From the NCBI GenBank assembly GCA_963678315.1, contig OY782781.1:832001-896000 (forward strand): a stretch of DNA of 64,000 bases, read 5' to 3'. Source of the stretch: Candidatus Cloacimonadales bacterium (lineage in GTDB: Bacteria > Cloacimonadota > Cloacimonadia > Cloacimonadales > JAFGVF01). Positions within the stretch are counted from its first letter, which is position 1; every line of letters starts with the position of its first letter. This document shows positions 49,622-62,416 of the stretch, piece after piece. The position numbers and the translations under genes were made by a program. Under the pieces are notes generated by a model. The model had not been told where the DNA came from and ran no database searches. It saw only the letters and a program-made list of their open reading frames with translations.

Positions 49622-51850
49622 ATGACTAGACATTATAAACATGGATTGACAACTATTATTACAGTGTTGATTTTAGTTGGATATATGTCCTTCTTTTTAA
49701 CAACACAGTATCGTTCATTGGGTGAGCTTGAAGAAAGAGCATTAAGTGATTTATCTAACCAATTTGGTAAAGATGTTGCCTCTTTAGAGTATTGGCATAA
49801 ACTATGTAAGAATGACCTCAACCTCTTTGCTAAATCCTCCTATATTGATGCTTATTTTAGCGATGTGTCAATGGCTGTATCAGAACAATACGGATTAAAT
49901 ATCTCCCGTGAACAATTTAAAAGTGATGTTGATAAACATGTTGAAACAATGTTATTGAATAACCAACCCTTGTACAGAAGACTTTGTTTTATCAATGAAG
50001 ATGGGTCACTTCTCTACTCTAAGAGTAATTCACTTCTTGATAGAGAAAGCAAAATGAATAAATTCAAAAGTATTGTCACAAAAGAGGATTTAGGAACTGA
50101 AGTTTATGTCTTCTTTGATGAAAATAAGTACTATTTCTATGTCTCTCAAGCATATCACTATAATGGTAAATTCTTTGGTCATCTTATAGCGGAAGTAAAT
50201 GAGGAACAATTAGTTGGAGGAGTGTTTAAGAAATTTGGTGGGGCTAAAAAGATTCTTCTTCTGCAAGGAAAATATGATGAGATCTGCCAGGTGTTTGTAA
50301 GTCCTGACTATAATTTAGATTCGTTTCCAAGTGAATCACAACTACCAATAGGCTATACAAAATCATTCTCTTTAGTGAAAAATGATGGAGATGAAATTAC
50401 TGCTTATGTCCAAAGAATTAAAGTTCCTAATACCGATTTAGAAATTCTATCAATATATCCCAAAGATCAACTGTTAGGTAAGTTTTGGTCAAGATGGTTA
50501 CTGCTTGGTCTGATTGGATTTAGTGTTATAATCTTCTTTGTTCTAATCTATGCTTACAACAGTAATATAAAGAATTTACGAGTGCAAACTCAGCTTGATA
50601 CTGAGATGAAGAAACGTGAAGAAATCCAAGAGAAGAATAATCTTCTATCTGATGAAATTGAAAAGAGAATCAAGACAGAAGAAGAACTTATCGAAAGTAA
50701 TAAAAAAGCTAAAGAACTAGCTGTTCAAGCACAAAATGCCAATAGGGCTAAATCCCAGTTCTTAGCCAATATGAGCCATGAAATCAGAACTCCAATGAAT
50801 GCTATTATAGGCTTTACTGACCTACTCCTATCTGAAGAAGATAATGATTACAAGACGGAAAAACTTACGCTTGTAAAAGAGTCTGCTGGATACTTGCTTA
50901 ACATTATTAACGACATTCTGGACCTTTCAAAAATAGAATTCGGTAAAATAAAAGTAAAAATTACAACTTTCTCATTGAATAGCATAATTAATGTGATTGA
51001 CCAAATGTTTAAAGATAAAGCTATGAATAAAGGAATTTACTTTAAAACTGAACTCTCTAGAGACCTACCTGAATTCATTAATAGCGACAAACAAAAAATA
51101 TTCCAGATTCTAACCAATATAATCAATAATGCTGTTAAATTTACCTATAAAGGTGGAGTAACTCTGCTTCTAAACTATGAATTCAATAATCTTATCTTCA
51201 CTATATCTGATACAGGAATAGGGATATCTGAAGAAGACCATAAGAAGATATTTGAAGATTTTGAACAAGTGGAGAATACTCATAGATTGAAAGCTCAAGG
51301 GACAGGATTAGGTCTTTCTATCACTAAGAACTTTATCGGTATGCTGGGCGGGTCAATAGATGTTGAATCTGAACTCGGGAAAGGGTCGGTCTTTACGATT
51401 GTGATACCTGTCACTGAGTTCAAGGTTGCCCCAATTGAAGAACAACCAAAAGAAGAAAAGTTAACTAAGCTTATGAAGAAAATGAATCTTCTTGTTGCTG
51501 AAGATAATAAGATTAATCAGAAGCTTATATCAAATATTCTCAAGAAAATTAATGTTAACTTTACTATTGTTAATAATGGTAAGGAAGCTGTAGAACACCT
51601 TGATAACCATCGTGTTGATATCCTGATTATGGATATTCAGATGCCAATTATGGGTGGTGTTGAGGCTATCAAGATTATTCGCAGTCAAACTAAGTTCGAC
51701 CATATACCGGCAATAGCCTTAACAGCTCAAGCTATGTCTGGTGATAAAGAGAACTTCTTAGATGCTGGCTTCAATGATTATCTTTCAAAACCCCTTAATG
51801 CTAAATTGCTAAGAGAGAAATTGGAATTCTACCAAAAAGAGATTCTTTAA
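49622..51850 (+). CDS. Membrane hybrid sensor kinase (periplasmic sensor, HisKA, HATPase, REC)
   Basis: Two TM helices, [32 protein letters not shown]. Confidence 0.9.
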   Translation: MTRHYKHGLTTIITVLILVGYMSFFLTTQYRSLGELEERALSDLSNQFGKDVASLEYWHKLCKNDLNLFAKSSYIDAYFSDVSMAVSEQYGLNISREQFKSDVDKHVETMLLNNQPLYRRLCFINEDGSLLYSKSNSLLDRESKMNKFKSIVTKEDLGTEVYVFFDENKYYFYVSQAYHYNGKFFGHLIAEVNEEQLVGGVFKKFGGAKKILLLQGKYDEICQVFVSPDYNLDSFPSESQLPIGYTKSFSLVKNDGDEITAYVQRIKVPNTDLEILSIYPKDQLLGKFWSRWLLLGLIGFSVIIFFVLIYAYNSNIKNLRVQTQLDTEMKKREEIQEKNNLLSDEIEKRIKTEEELIESNKKAKELAVQAQNANRAKSQFLANMSHEIRTPMNAIIGFTDLLLSEEDNDYKTEKLTLVKESAGYLLNIINDILDLSKIEFGKIKVKITTFSLNSIINVIDQMFKDKAMNKGIYFKTELSRDLPEFINSDKQKIFQILTNIINNAVKFTYKGGVTLLLNYEFNNLIFTISDTGIGISEEDHKKIFEDFEQVENTHRLKAQGTGLGLSITKNFIGMLGGSIDVESELGKGSVFTIVIPVTEFKVAPIEEQPKEEKLTKLMKKMNLLVAEDNKINQKLISNILKKINVNFTIVNNGKEAVEHLDNHRVDILIMDIQMPIMGGVEAIKIIRSQTKFDHIPAIALTAQAMSGDKENFLDAGFNDYLSKPLNAKLLREKLEFYQKEIL

Positions 51851-52232
51851 ATAGATATTACTAGAAAGTGTTTATTTCTATCAACAAAGTTATAACTTTT
51901 TATGACTTATATAAAATGCAATATAACAGTGTTAATCTGCATTTAGCTCATATTGAATTACCGCAAAATTTACTAACTTAAATGGTTAATTGTCACTAAT
52001 CTAACTATTTCTTTATAATTCTAAGTTTGTAAGGTATTGATTATTACTAGCTTGGCATGGGTAGAAGTTAAACAATTAATAAAAATTAAAAATTCATTGA
52101 CAACTTACTCTCTTTAATGAGAAAATTGAACAGATATGAAGTTAAGGAAATACGAACTGTTTTTGGATTTGATTTAGAAGAATTTAAATTAAAGAAAACA
52201 AGAAAACAAAAATTAACCTGAGGAGGTAATGT

Positions 52233-55200
52233 ATGAACCAAAAGCTTTCAAGGCTTTTAGTTGCCCTTACATTTCTTTTATGTGCCACTTTGCTAAGCGC
52301 AACAGTTGGCGGACCTGACACTTATGGATACATGTTTAAGGACAGTAATGAAACTGACGGTCCTGCATATTCATGGATCACACCAAGTACTACTAACGCA
52401 ATTGCAGATTTAGGCGATGATGCTATTTCTGCTGCAGTTCCAATGGGAATTAGCTTCCCATTTTATGATAATGTATATACAGAAATTTATGTAAGTTCAA
52501 ACGGTTTCTTAGCATTTAATGGTGATAGCTCATCATTATCAAATGCTGCTATCCCTACTGCAAGTGCTCCGAATGATATCGTTGCTCTTTTCTGGGATGA
52601 TTTGAATCCTACTTATGACTGGGCTACAAACGGTGTTTATTATGAAAATACTACAATCGATGGCGAAACAGTATTTGTTGTTTCTTTAGTTGATTATGCA
52701 GAATATGGTTCAACAGGAACTTCTCCTGATAACACAATTACTGCACAAGCTATTTTCTTCCCTAATGGTAACATTAGAATGCAATACAATACTTTCGGTG
52801 CAGCTTTTGATTTAACAAGTGCTACTGTTGGTATTGAAAATGTTGATGGTACTGATGGTGTTGCTTATGCATTCAACGATGCTACAAACTTCGTTAATGA
52901 ATTAGCTGTTGAATTTATCAGACCTATTCCTCAAGATTATGATATCAGAGTTTCAATGCTTGAAGTTGCTAACCCAACTCCAACAGTTAACGATGATGTT
53001 AACTTCACTGCAACTGTAGCTAATACAGGTGGTGAAGATGCTTCTGGTTTTGATGTTCAATTAATCGATGCTTCAGACGATTCAGTTCTTGCAACTGTAT
53101 CTCCAGACGCTGTTATTGCTCCTAATGGAACAGCTGACGTAATGATTACTTATGCTTTCACAAGTACAGGTAACCAACAAGTTTATGCTACTACTATCTG
53201 GGCTTCTGATGGCAACAATGACAACAATCACTCTAATACTTTAACTATCGGTGTTCAAGACTCTGGTGTTACAGCTATTACTGTTGGTGATGGTGTTGCT
53301 GAAGTTAATACACATCCATTTAACTTCTATTACAAAAACAGTTTAGCTGAAACTATCTATTTAGCTTCTGAATTAAACTTCGGTGGTCAAATTACAGGTT
53401 TAGCTTATTATAATAATTTCGTTACAGATTTAACTGGCAAACCAGTTAACATTTGGATCGGTGAAACAACTGATACAGAACTTACAGCTTTAATTCCTTC
53501 AACAGATCTTACTGCTGTTTTCGCTGGAACTATTGATGTTCCTGCTGGTCAAAATGCTGTTAATATCACATTCGATACTCCATATAACTATGCTGGTGGA
53601 AACTTAGTTGTTCTTACTGAAAGAGAAATGGATACAGAATATTTCTCATCAAGCGACAAATGGGTTGGTGTAGAAACTGAATTAGCTGGAAGATCTCTAT
53701 ATTGGAGAAGTGATTCTGTTGATTTCGATCCTGCTGCTGAAGCTTCTGCTGGTACAGCTTCTGTTTTCATGCCTAAAACTACATTATATGCAGTTATCGA
53801 AGGTATGGGTTCAGTTGCTGGTACAGTAACAGATGGTACAAACCCTCTTGCTGATGTTGCATTAGCTATTGAAGGTACAAACTATTCAACAATGACTGCT
53901 GCTGATGGTTCATTTGAATTTGCATTTGTTGCTGAAGGTACTGATTATGTAATGAACGCTTCTTTATTCGGTTATGAAGATGCTACTTCTGCTGCATTTA
54001 ACGTAGTTGAAGATCAAGAAACTACAGTTAACTTAACTATGACATCACTTCCAATGGTTGAAGTTTCTGGTCAAGTTATCACTAATGATACTGGTGCTGG
54101 AATCCAAGCTCATGTTTCTTTAACTGGTTACCAAGCTTATGAAGCTGACACTGATGCTTCTGGTTACTTTGCTATTGATGTATATGCTAACCAAACTTAT
54201 CAAGGTACAGCTACTGCTGATGGTTACCAAGCTGGTTCATTCACAGCTGCTGTTGCTGATATGGATTTAGACTTAGGTACAGTTCTTGTTACTGAAAACT
54301 TATACCCTGCTTCTAATGTTGTTGCAGCTTATGATAATGGCAATGCTGTTATTACATGGGACGAACCTAACACTGCTGGTGGTGGCGATGCTATCATGGA
54401 AAGCTTTGAAGGTGAATTCCCTCCAACAGATTGGATGATTCAAAATACTAATACTACTGCTACTTGGCAACAAGCTGAAATCGTATCATTCTCAGACGGT
54501 GATGTTGTTCCTACTGAAGGTTCATTCCAAGCTCAATTAGGTTGGGATTATGCAGCACAAGACGAATGGTTAATTACTAATGAAATGACTTGCCCTGCAG
54601 GTAACTTAGTATTTGATTTCTACGGACACTATGGTTCTACTCACTTAGATAACTACTATGTGAAAGTTTCTACTGATGGTGGTTCTAACTGGACTGCTTT
54701 ATGGAATGCAACTGACCTTCCTGAAGCGGATAACCATTATGACACTCCTATTTCAATCGACTTATCAGCTTATGCTGGTCAAATGGTTAAAATTGCATGG
54801 CAAGGTGTTGATGGTGATGGTGCTGGTTTATGGTACACAACATTTATCGATAACGTAAACATTGGTGGAAGAGCTATCCGTGCTAATGAAATCGCTACTG
54901 TAAGTAAAGGTTTCAAAACATCAAATATTACTAGAACAGACAATAGATTAAAAAGAGATATCAATGAACCTGCTTACATGCCTATGGCTAACTTAGCAAG
55001 TCGTGCATTTGAATCTTATAATGTATATCGTTTCTTATTAGAAGACGAAATGAATATGGACAACTGGACTTTAGTTGCTGAAGATGTAACTGCATTAACT
55101 TATACAGATACAGATTGGTCTACTTTAGCTGGTGGTTTCTATATGTATGCTGTAGCTGCTGTTTATACTAATGGTGCAGAAGCTACTCCTGCTGTTTCTA

Positions 55201-57569
55201 ACTACTTACAAATGGCTGAAATGGCTACTGTAACATTCGATGTTGATTCTAACTTAGGTACTGACATTGAAGGTGCAGAATGTAATTTAGTTGCTCAAGT
55301 TGCTAACCCTGATGGCACATTCAACACTTATATGGTTGAAACTGATGCTATGGGTGATGCTTCTATCGAAGTTATCATGGGAATGTATGATGTAACTATC
55401 ATGGCTTCTGGTTTCTCAGTTTATACTGGTGAAGTTGACGCTACTGCTGATGTTACTGTTACTGCTACTCTTGATGAACAAGCTAACCCTCCTACAGCTG
55501 TTATGGCTGAACAAGTTGATGACGATGCTGTTATCACTTGGGGCGAACCTGGTGCTGGTGGCGGAACTGGTGATGCTGTATTTGAAAGCTTCGAAGGTGA
55601 ATTCCCTCCAACAGATTGGATGATTCAAAATACTAATACTACTGCTACTTGGCAACAAGCTGAAGTTGTATCATTCTCAGATGGTGATGTTGTTCCTACT
55701 GAAGGTTCATTCCAAGCTCAATTAGGTTGGGATTATGCAGCACAAGACGAATGGTTAATTACTAATGAAATGACTTGCCCTGCAGGTAACTTAGTATTTG
55801 ATTTCTACGGACACTATGGTTCTACTCACTTAGATAACTACTATGTGAATATTTCTACTGATGCTGGTTCTACATGGACTGCATTATGGAATGCTACTGA
55901 CCTTCCTGAAGGCGATAACCATTATGATGCTCCTATTTCAATCGACTTATCAGCTTATGCTGGTCAAATGGTTAAAATTGCATGGCAAGGTGTTGATGGT
56001 GATGGTGCTGGTTTATGGTACACAACATTTATCGACAACGTAACAATCGGTGGAAGAGCTATCCGTGCTAATGAAGTTGTTGCTGTAAGCAAAGCTTCTA
56101 GAACATCTATGGCTGCTTTAAAAGATGTTTCTAATACTACAAATAGATTAAAAAGAGATGCTACTGAAGCTCCTTACATGGCTTTAAGCTTTACTTCAGA
56201 TGTTAATGCTCCTGTTGTTAACTCAACATTCAATACTAGAGACCTTCAAGGTTATAAAGTATGGAGATTATTAGCTACTGATCAAGGTAATGAAGCTAAC
56301 TGGACTCTTCTTACAACTGACGCTATTACAGAATTAACTTATACAGATACTGACTGGGATGCTCAAGCTTCTGGCGTATACTTATTTGCTGTAAAAGCTA
56401 TCTACTCTAATGACAACATGTCTGATGCTGCTTTCTCTAATGAATTAGAAAAAGATATGTATGGTATGGTTGACGGTACTGTAACTGATGCTTCTGGTAA
56501 TGCTATTGCTGGTGCAACTGTTGCTTTAGATATGTATACTGCTACAACAGACGCTTCTGGATATTTCTTATTTACAGACGTTTATGCAGGTATGTATGAT
56601 ATCTCTGCTTCAGCTACTGGTTATGTTGCTTCAACTCAATCAATAACAGTTGTTGGTACTCAATTAACTACAGTTAACTTCTCATTAGAAGCTTCTAATG
56701 TTATCTTTGAAGATACTTTCGAATCTTATGATGACTTCTCATTAGAAATGGGTCAATTAACTCTTGTTGATAATGACTTAAATACTACTTATGGTTTCCA
56801 AGGTACTACATTCTTACACACTGGTGAAGCAATGTCTTACATCGTATTTAATCCAAACTCAACAGAACCTGTACTTGATGGTGAAGATTTCTTAGCTTAC
56901 TCAGGTGACAAATATGCTGCTTGTTTCGCTGCTATGGCTCCTTCAACTCAAAACGATGATTGGATGATGACTCCTGTTATCGAATTAGCTGCTGGTGGTT
57001 CATTCAGCTTTATGGCTAAATCATATACTCATGATTACGGTGCAGAAAGATTTAACGTTCTAGTTTCTGATGGTTCAACTAACCCTAATGACTTCACAGT
57101 TATTTCAGGTAATAGTGAAATTGAAGCTCCACTTGCTTGGACTAACTTCACTTATGACTTATCAGCTTATGCTAACTCTTCAATCAGATTGGCAATCCAA
57201 TGTGTATCTAATGATGCATTTATCTTCATGGTAGATGATCTTGCTATCGATGCACCAGGTGGAACACCTACTGTTGATAATGAAGTTCCTGCTGTTTCAA
57301 TGTTACAAGGTAACTATCCTAACCCATTCAACCCTGAAACTACTATCGCTTTCTCAACAAAAGAAAACGGTCCTGTTTCTATTGATATCTTCAATGTTAA
57401 GGGTCAAAAAGTTAGAACTCTTGTAAATGACAACATGGAAGCTGGTAACCATACTGTTGTTTGGAATGGTCAAAATGATAATGGTAAGAATGTTGCTTCT
57501 GGTGTATTCTTCTACAGAATGAAATCAGGAAAATATTCTTCAACTAAGAAAATGATTCTTATGAAATAG
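52233..57569 (+). CDS. Large secreted adhesin-like protein (CARDB-like, carboxypeptidase-regulatory-like, 3 cleaved-adhesin-type domains, FlgD-Ig/T9SS-like C-terminus)
   Basis: RBS gaggaggt; signal peptide; ESFE..FPP..W…DEWLIT…IDNV repeats; NYPNPFNPET…TKKMILMK. Confidence 0.8.
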   Translation: MNQKLSRLLVALTFLLCATLLSATVGGPDTYGYMFKDSNETDGPAYSWITPSTTNAIADLGDDAISAAVPMGISFPFYDNVYTEIYVSSNGFLAFNGDSSSLSNAAIPTASAPNDIVALFWDDLNPTYDWATNGVYYENTTIDGETVFVVSLVDYAEYGSTGTSPDNTITAQAIFFPNGNIRMQYNTFGAAFDLTSATVGIENVDGTDGVAYAFNDATNFVNELAVEFIRPIPQDYDIRVSMLEVANPTPTVNDDVNFTATVANTGGEDASGFDVQLIDASDDSVLATVSPDAVIAPNGTADVMITYAFTSTGNQQVYATTIWASDGNNDNNHSNTLTIGVQDSGVTAITVGDGVAEVNTHPFNFYYKNSLAETIYLASELNFGGQITGLAYYNNFVTDLTGKPVNIWIGETTDTELTALIPSTDLTAVFAGTIDVPAGQNAVNITFDTPYNYAGGNLVVLTEREMDTEYFSSSDKWVGVETELAGRSLYWRSDSVDFDPAAEASAGTASVFMPKTTLYAVIEGMGSVAGTVTDGTNPLADVALAIEGTNYSTMTAADGSFEFAFVAEGTDYVMNASLFGYEDATSAAFNVVEDQETTVNLTMTSLPMVEVSGQVITNDTGAGIQAHVSLTGYQAYEADTDASGYFAIDVYANQTYQGTATADGYQAGSFTAAVADMDLDLGTVLVTENLYPASNVVAAYDNGNAVITWDEPNTAGGGDAIMESFEGEFPPTDWMIQNTNTTATWQQAEIVSFSDGDVVPTEGSFQAQLGWDYAAQDEWLITNEMTCPAGNLVFDFYGHYGSTHLDNYYVKVSTDGGSNWTALWNATDLPEADNHYDTPISIDLSAYAGQMVKIAWQGVDGDGAGLWYTTFIDNVNIGGRAIRANEIATVSKGFKTSNITRTDNRLKRDINEPAYMPMANLASRAFESYNVYRFLLEDEMNMDNWTLVAEDVTALTYTDTDWSTLAGGFYMYAVAAVYTNGAEATPAVSNYLQMAEMATVTFDVDSNLGTDIEGAECNLVAQVANPDGTFNTYMVETDAMGDASIEVIMGMYDVTIMASGFSVYTGEVDATADVTVTATLDEQANPPTAVMAEQVDDDAVITWGEPGAGGGTGDAVFESFEGEFPPTDWMIQNTNTTATWQQAEVVSFSDGDVVPTEGSFQAQLGWDYAAQDEWLITNEMTCPAGNLVFDFYGHYGSTHLDNYYVNISTDAGSTWTALWNATDLPEGDNHYDAPISIDLSAYAGQMVKIAWQGVDGDGAGLWYTTFIDNVTIGGRAIRANEVVAVSKASRTSMAALKDVSNTTNRLKRDATEAPYMALSFTSDVNAPVVNSTFNTRDLQGYKVWRLLATDQGNEANWTLLTTDAITELTYTDTDWDAQASGVYLFAVKAIYSNDNMSDAAFSNELEKDMYGMVDGTVTDASGNAIAGATVALDMYTATTDASGYFLFTDVYAGMYDISASATGYVASTQSITVVGTQLTTVNFSLEASNVIFEDTFESYDDFSLEMGQLTLVDNDLNTTYGFQGTTFLHTGEAMSYIVFNPNSTEPVLDGEDFLAYSGDKYAACFAAMAPSTQNDDWMMTPVIELAAGGSFSFMAKSYTHDYGAERFNVLVSDGSTNPNDFTVISGNSEIEAPLAWTNFTYDLSAYANSSIRLAIQCVSNDAFIFMVDDLAIDAPGGTPTVDNEVPAVSMLQGNYPNPFNPETTIAFSTKENGPVSIDIFNVKGQKVRTLVNDNMEAGNHTVVWNGQNDNGKNVASGVFFYRMKSGKYSSTKKMILMK

Positions 57570-57607
57570 TATTTATATACTAAATTCATAATTGAAAATT
57601 AATAAAG

Positions 57608-57632
57608 AAGGCTGACCTTGTGTCAGCCTTTT
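57608..57632 (+). terminator. Intrinsic terminator
   Basis: aaggctgac/gtcagcctt stem followed by T. Confidence 0.8.
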
Positions 57633-57688
57633 CTTATTATATAGTCTGCGAGCTATTTTTTTCCATTTATAGCTCCAGTAACTCCTAG

Positions 57689-57935
57689 CTTACTGGCCTC
57701 CTTGAAAAATCGGCTTTTTTTCAAGGTGGCAAGTAAGGACGTAGAGAATTTTGGTACTTGATAGAGTGTAAGCATCCACCGATGAGACCTTTTTATTATC
57801 ACTGGGATCGCCAGCCTCCGTGCTGGCTTCACTTAGAACATATAGTGATAAGAGAATTTGAAGCCGGCTAGCAGCCAGCGTTCCCAGTAAGAGTCAAGCA
57901 GGGACTGTGACAGGAAAGACTGTTGCTTGCAAGCA
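57689..57935. repeat. Composite repeat island: families B, A and C
   Basis: Family B at 57689-57737; gagtgtaagcatccaccgat; inverted family-C pair ctgggatcgccagc… / …gccagcgttcccag; reversed long family-A module near 57895. Confidence 0.75.
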
Positions 57936-58110
57936 AAAAAAATAGAAAAAAATACCAAAAGTGTGCCTAAATCAAGAAAAGTGTGCCCATAGTATTAGTG
58001 AGGGCAATTAAAAATATTGACATAATATAAGAGGGTAAGAAGGTAACTTAATAAGTTTATTTCGTTTTATAATATAGTTTTGAAGAATAATCCTGTAAGG
58101 AGAATATAAA

Positions 58111-59397
58111 TTGAGTTCAATAATAATTGCTTTAATAATACTAGGTGTATTAGTAACAGTTCATGAGGGTGGACACTTTATTGCTGCTAGATTGTGTGGA
58201 ATAAGAGTAGAAAAGTTCTCAGTAGGTTTTGGTAAGCCTATATTTAAATTTGTTAAGAATGGAGTTGAGTATTCATTATCTTGGATTCCTTTAGGTGGCT
58301 ATGTTAAAATGAAGGGGGATAACCCTAATGATGAAACTAGCGATCCAGACACCTTCTTTAATGCGAGTTGGTGGAAGAGAATTATTGTTGCTTTTGCAGG
58401 TCCTTTTACTAATTTAATTTTTGGATTACTAGTAATAATAACATCTTTCTTCTTTTCCCAACAGTCTTATGACCATGAAGCTATTGTTGATAAAGTTTCT
58501 GGTAATTTAGCTAAATATATCCAATCTGGTGATGAAATAATAAAAGTTAACTCCAAAGAGGTTAAGGGTTGGTATTCTACTCTTGGAGAAATTAAAGATG
58601 GGGAAGACAACAAGATTGTTGTGTTAAGGAATGGAGAAAATATATCCTTAGATATTCCTGATGTAAGCTTAAAAGACTGGTTAAATTCAGAAAATATCAG
58701 ACCAGTTATATCTGCAGTTGTAGGAGAAATCATACCTAATACTCCTGCTTATCAAGCTGATTTGAAAGAGGGTGATGAAATTATCAAAGTGGGAGATAAG
58801 AAGGTTAATAATTGGTATGAAATGACTGAAGAAATACAGAATTCTTCTGATAGTGTGAATCTCACAATTCTAAGAGATGATAAAGAAATACAGAAAGAAT
58901 TAACAAAGCAAGAAGTTCCAGATTCAGATAGAAAGATTATTGGGGTTCTGCAAAAACTTCCACTTCTTAGCCAAGAGAAATATAGTCCCAAAGAAGCGAT
59001 TGTTTACGGAACTAATTATACTTTTGGCATAGTTGCTATGAATTATAAAGGAATATACAGTCTAATTAAAAAACCATCTTCTATTAAGGGATCTATCGGT
59101 GGACCAGTGATGATGTTCACTACTGGGAAAAAATATGCAGAACAAGGCATTGCAAAAGGATTGCAGTTTGTTGGATTGCTTAATATTGTTCTCATGGTGA
59201 TGAATCTACTACCGATACCAGTTCTTGATGGTGGACATATTTTATTTAGTTTTATTGAAGGTATCAGAGGAAAAAGGCTAACAACTAAGACGCAAATGGC
59301 TTTGCAACAAGTTGGATTGTTCTTCTTACTTGCCCTGATGATGTATGCTTTTTATTCTGACTTTTCAGGGATAATCTCTAGGTACAATAGTAATTAG
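58111..59397 (+). CDS. rseP: RIP metalloprotease RseP
   Basis: HEGGH, FSVGFG, PLGGYVKM, AGP..N, two PDZ domains, NLLPIPVLDGG. Confidence 0.93.
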   Translation: MSSIIIALIILGVLVTVHEGGHFIAARLCGIRVEKFSVGFGKPIFKFVKNGVEYSLSWIPLGGYVKMKGDNPNDETSDPDTFFNASWWKRIIVAFAGPFTNLIFGLLVIITSFFFSQQSYDHEAIVDKVSGNLAKYIQSGDEIIKVNSKEVKGWYSTLGEIKDGEDNKIVVLRNGENISLDIPDVSLKDWLNSENIRPVISAVVGEIIPNTPAYQADLKEGDEIIKVGDKKVNNWYEMTEEIQNSSDSVNLTILRDDKEIQKELTKQEVPDSDRKIIGVLQKLPLLSQEKYSPKEAIVYGTNYTFGIVAMNYKGIYSLIKKPSSIKGSIGGPVMMFTTGKKYAEQGIAKGLQFVGLLNIVLMVMNLLPIPVLDGGHILFSFIEGIRGKRLTTKTQMALQQVGLFFLLALMMYAFYSDFSGIISRYNSN

Positions 59398-59400
59398 AAT

Positions 59401-59795
59401 AACACTGGGAACGCTGGCTGCTAGCCGGCTTAGTAAAACACTGGGAACGCTGGCCTCCGTGCCGGCTTCAAAAAAAACTGGGAACGCTGGCCTCCGTGCC
59501 GGCTTTATAAAACACTGGGAACGCTGGCTGCTAGCCGGCTTCAAAAACACTGGGAACGCTGGCCTCCGTGCCGGCTTCAAAAACACTGGGAACGCTGGCC
59601 TCCGTGCCGGCTTCAAAAACACTGGGAACGCTGGCCTCAGTGCCGGCTTCAAAAACACTGGGAACGCTGGCCTCAGTGCCGGCTTCATAAAACACTGGGA
59701 ACGCTGGCCTCAGTGCCGGCTTAATAAAACACTGGGAACGCTGGCCTCCGTGCCGGCTTCAAAAAAAACTGGGAACGCTGGCTGCTAGCCGGCTA
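59401..59795 (+). repeat. Tandem array of 11 REP-like units of about 36 bp (family C)
   Basis: actgggaacgctggc-[tgcta|ctccgt|ctcagt]-gccggc units from 59404 to 59793; no unique spacers. Confidence 0.92.
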
Positions 59796-59873
59796 ACACT
59801 GGTAAGACAAGCTTTTAGCTTGCAAACAAAAATAAAAAGAAACATTCATTTCGAATGTTATAATAGGAGTTGA

Positions 59874-60992
<1,119 letters not shown>

Positions 60993-61051
60993 ATTCTTGT
61001 AAATTAAGGTAAATCTGCTATTTTATAAGTAAATAAATGAAAGAAGGTATT

Positions 61052-61531
61052 ATGAAGAAAATTATTATATTAATATTACTTTCAATGTTTTGTCTAACTG
61101 CATTTGCAGAGGATGATGTCTTTGATATTAACTTATATAAGTTGCCTAAAGAAGCAATCAATGAGCAACACATTGAAATAAGAGATAGTATTGCTTATTA
61201 TCAGGGGGATTTATTTACTGGAGTAAGTTATTCTGTCTTTGAAGATAATCAACTAGAGCAAGTTTTTAGTTATTTAAAAGGCAAATTGAACGGTCCTAGC
61301 TACGCTTGGTATGAGGATGGAACAAATGCAATGCAGGCAAATTACGTTAATGGTTACTTGAATGGAAGGTTTATTGCTTGGTCAAGTTATGGTTCAATAA
61401 TTTATGATATTTTCTTTGACAAGAATCAATTTAGATTTGATCTTCAGCTCAATAGAGATCTTACTCGAGAAGATGAATCAGAAGATGATTCTGATAGTGA
61501 AGGTGATAACAAAGAGAGTGGTGGAGAGTAG
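61052..61531 (+). CDS. Secreted MORN-variant repeat (YwqK-like) protein
   Basis: Signal peptide; Y..G.LNG….WY..G repeats; acidic tail. Confidence 0.6.
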   Translation: MKKIIILILLSMFCLTAFAEDDVFDINLYKLPKEAINEQHIEIRDSIAYYQGDLFTGVSYSVFEDNQLEQVFSYLKGKLNGPSYAWYEDGTNAMQANYVNGYLNGRFIAWSSYGSIIYDIFFDKNQFRFDLQLNRDLTREDESEDDSDSEGDNKESGGE

Positions 61532-61593
61532 GTTTTTAATGCTTCTATTGAAGAGTAGGGGCTATTATTTCAGTAGATAGAGGATTTAGAGAA

Positions 61594-62397
61594 ATGAACA
61601 ATGTAACTTCATTCAAGAGAATGAAAAAACAAGCAAATAAAATTGTGATGATAACAGCTTATGATTATCCTAGTGGCAAACAAGTTGAAACAGCAGGAGT
61701 TGATGTAATACTTGTTGGGGACAGCTTAGGTATGGTTGTTTTAGGCTATGAGAATACTCTAGAAGTGACTATGGAAGATATCATACATCACACTAAAGCA
61801 ACTCGTAGGGGAGCAAAAGATACATTTATTGTCGCTGATATGCCTTATATGAGTTATCACTTAGATATTAATACAACAAAGCAAAATGCGGCAAAGCTGA
61901 TAGTTGAAGGCAGAGCTAATGCAGTAAAACTAGAAGGTGGAAGTGATAGCAGGCTTCAAGCAATAAAGGAGATTGTTGATTGTGAGATTCCTGTAGTTGC
62001 TCACTTGGGTTTAACCCCTCAGTCAGTTAATAAATTTGGGGGCTATAGGGTTCAAGGTAAAAGCGAAGACATGTATAACAAGATTTTATTGCAAGCTAAG
62101 AAAGTTGAAAATGCAGGTGCTTTCATGTTAGTTCTTGAAGGAGTACCTGAAGCTTTAGCAAAAGAAATTACTGAATCAATATCTATTCCTACAATTGGTA
62201 TTGGAGCAGGTAAATATACAGATGGTCAAGTATTGGTTTATCATGATATGTTAGGGATTTATGAAAATACAGCAAAATTCGTTAAGGAATATGCTAAATT
62301 AGACCAAGTAGTAGGGAGTGCTATTCAAGAGTATATTCAAGATGTTAAAGATAGTAAGTTCCCTGAAAACAAGCACACTTATGTGCCAATCAAGTAA
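61594..62397 (+). CDS. panB: 3-methyl-2-oxobutanoate hydroxymethyltransferase
   Basis: TAYD, LVGDSLG, DMP..SY, VKLEGG, HLGLTPQ, IGIGAG..DGQVLV..D. Confidence 0.96.
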   Translation: MNNVTSFKRMKKQANKIVMITAYDYPSGKQVETAGVDVILVGDSLGMVVLGYENTLEVTMEDIIHHTKATRRGAKDTFIVADMPYMSYHLDINTTKQNAAKLIVEGRANAVKLEGGSDSRLQAIKEIVDCEIPVVAHLGLTPQSVNKFGGYRVQGKSEDMYNKILLQAKKVENAGAFMLVLEGVPEALAKEITESISIPTIGIGAGKYTDGQVLVYHDMLGIYENTAKFVKEYAKLDQVVGSAIQEYIQDVKDSKFPENKHTYVPIK

Positions 62398-62416
62398 TAT
62401 TAAATAAGGAAGAATA

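Noticed and set aside
54399..56075. Diversity-generating retroelement TR/VR pair
   Set aside because: Differences are not adenine-specific, both copies are in-frame domains, and no reverse transcriptase is present
59365..59788. ORFs 59365..59688(-) and 59459..59788(+)
   Set aside because: They are translations of the tandem DNA repeat, with no RBS and frame-shifting unit lengths
59401..59795. CRISPR array (36-bp period)
   Set aside because: Units are head-to-tail with only 5-6 nt variable loops; there are no spacers
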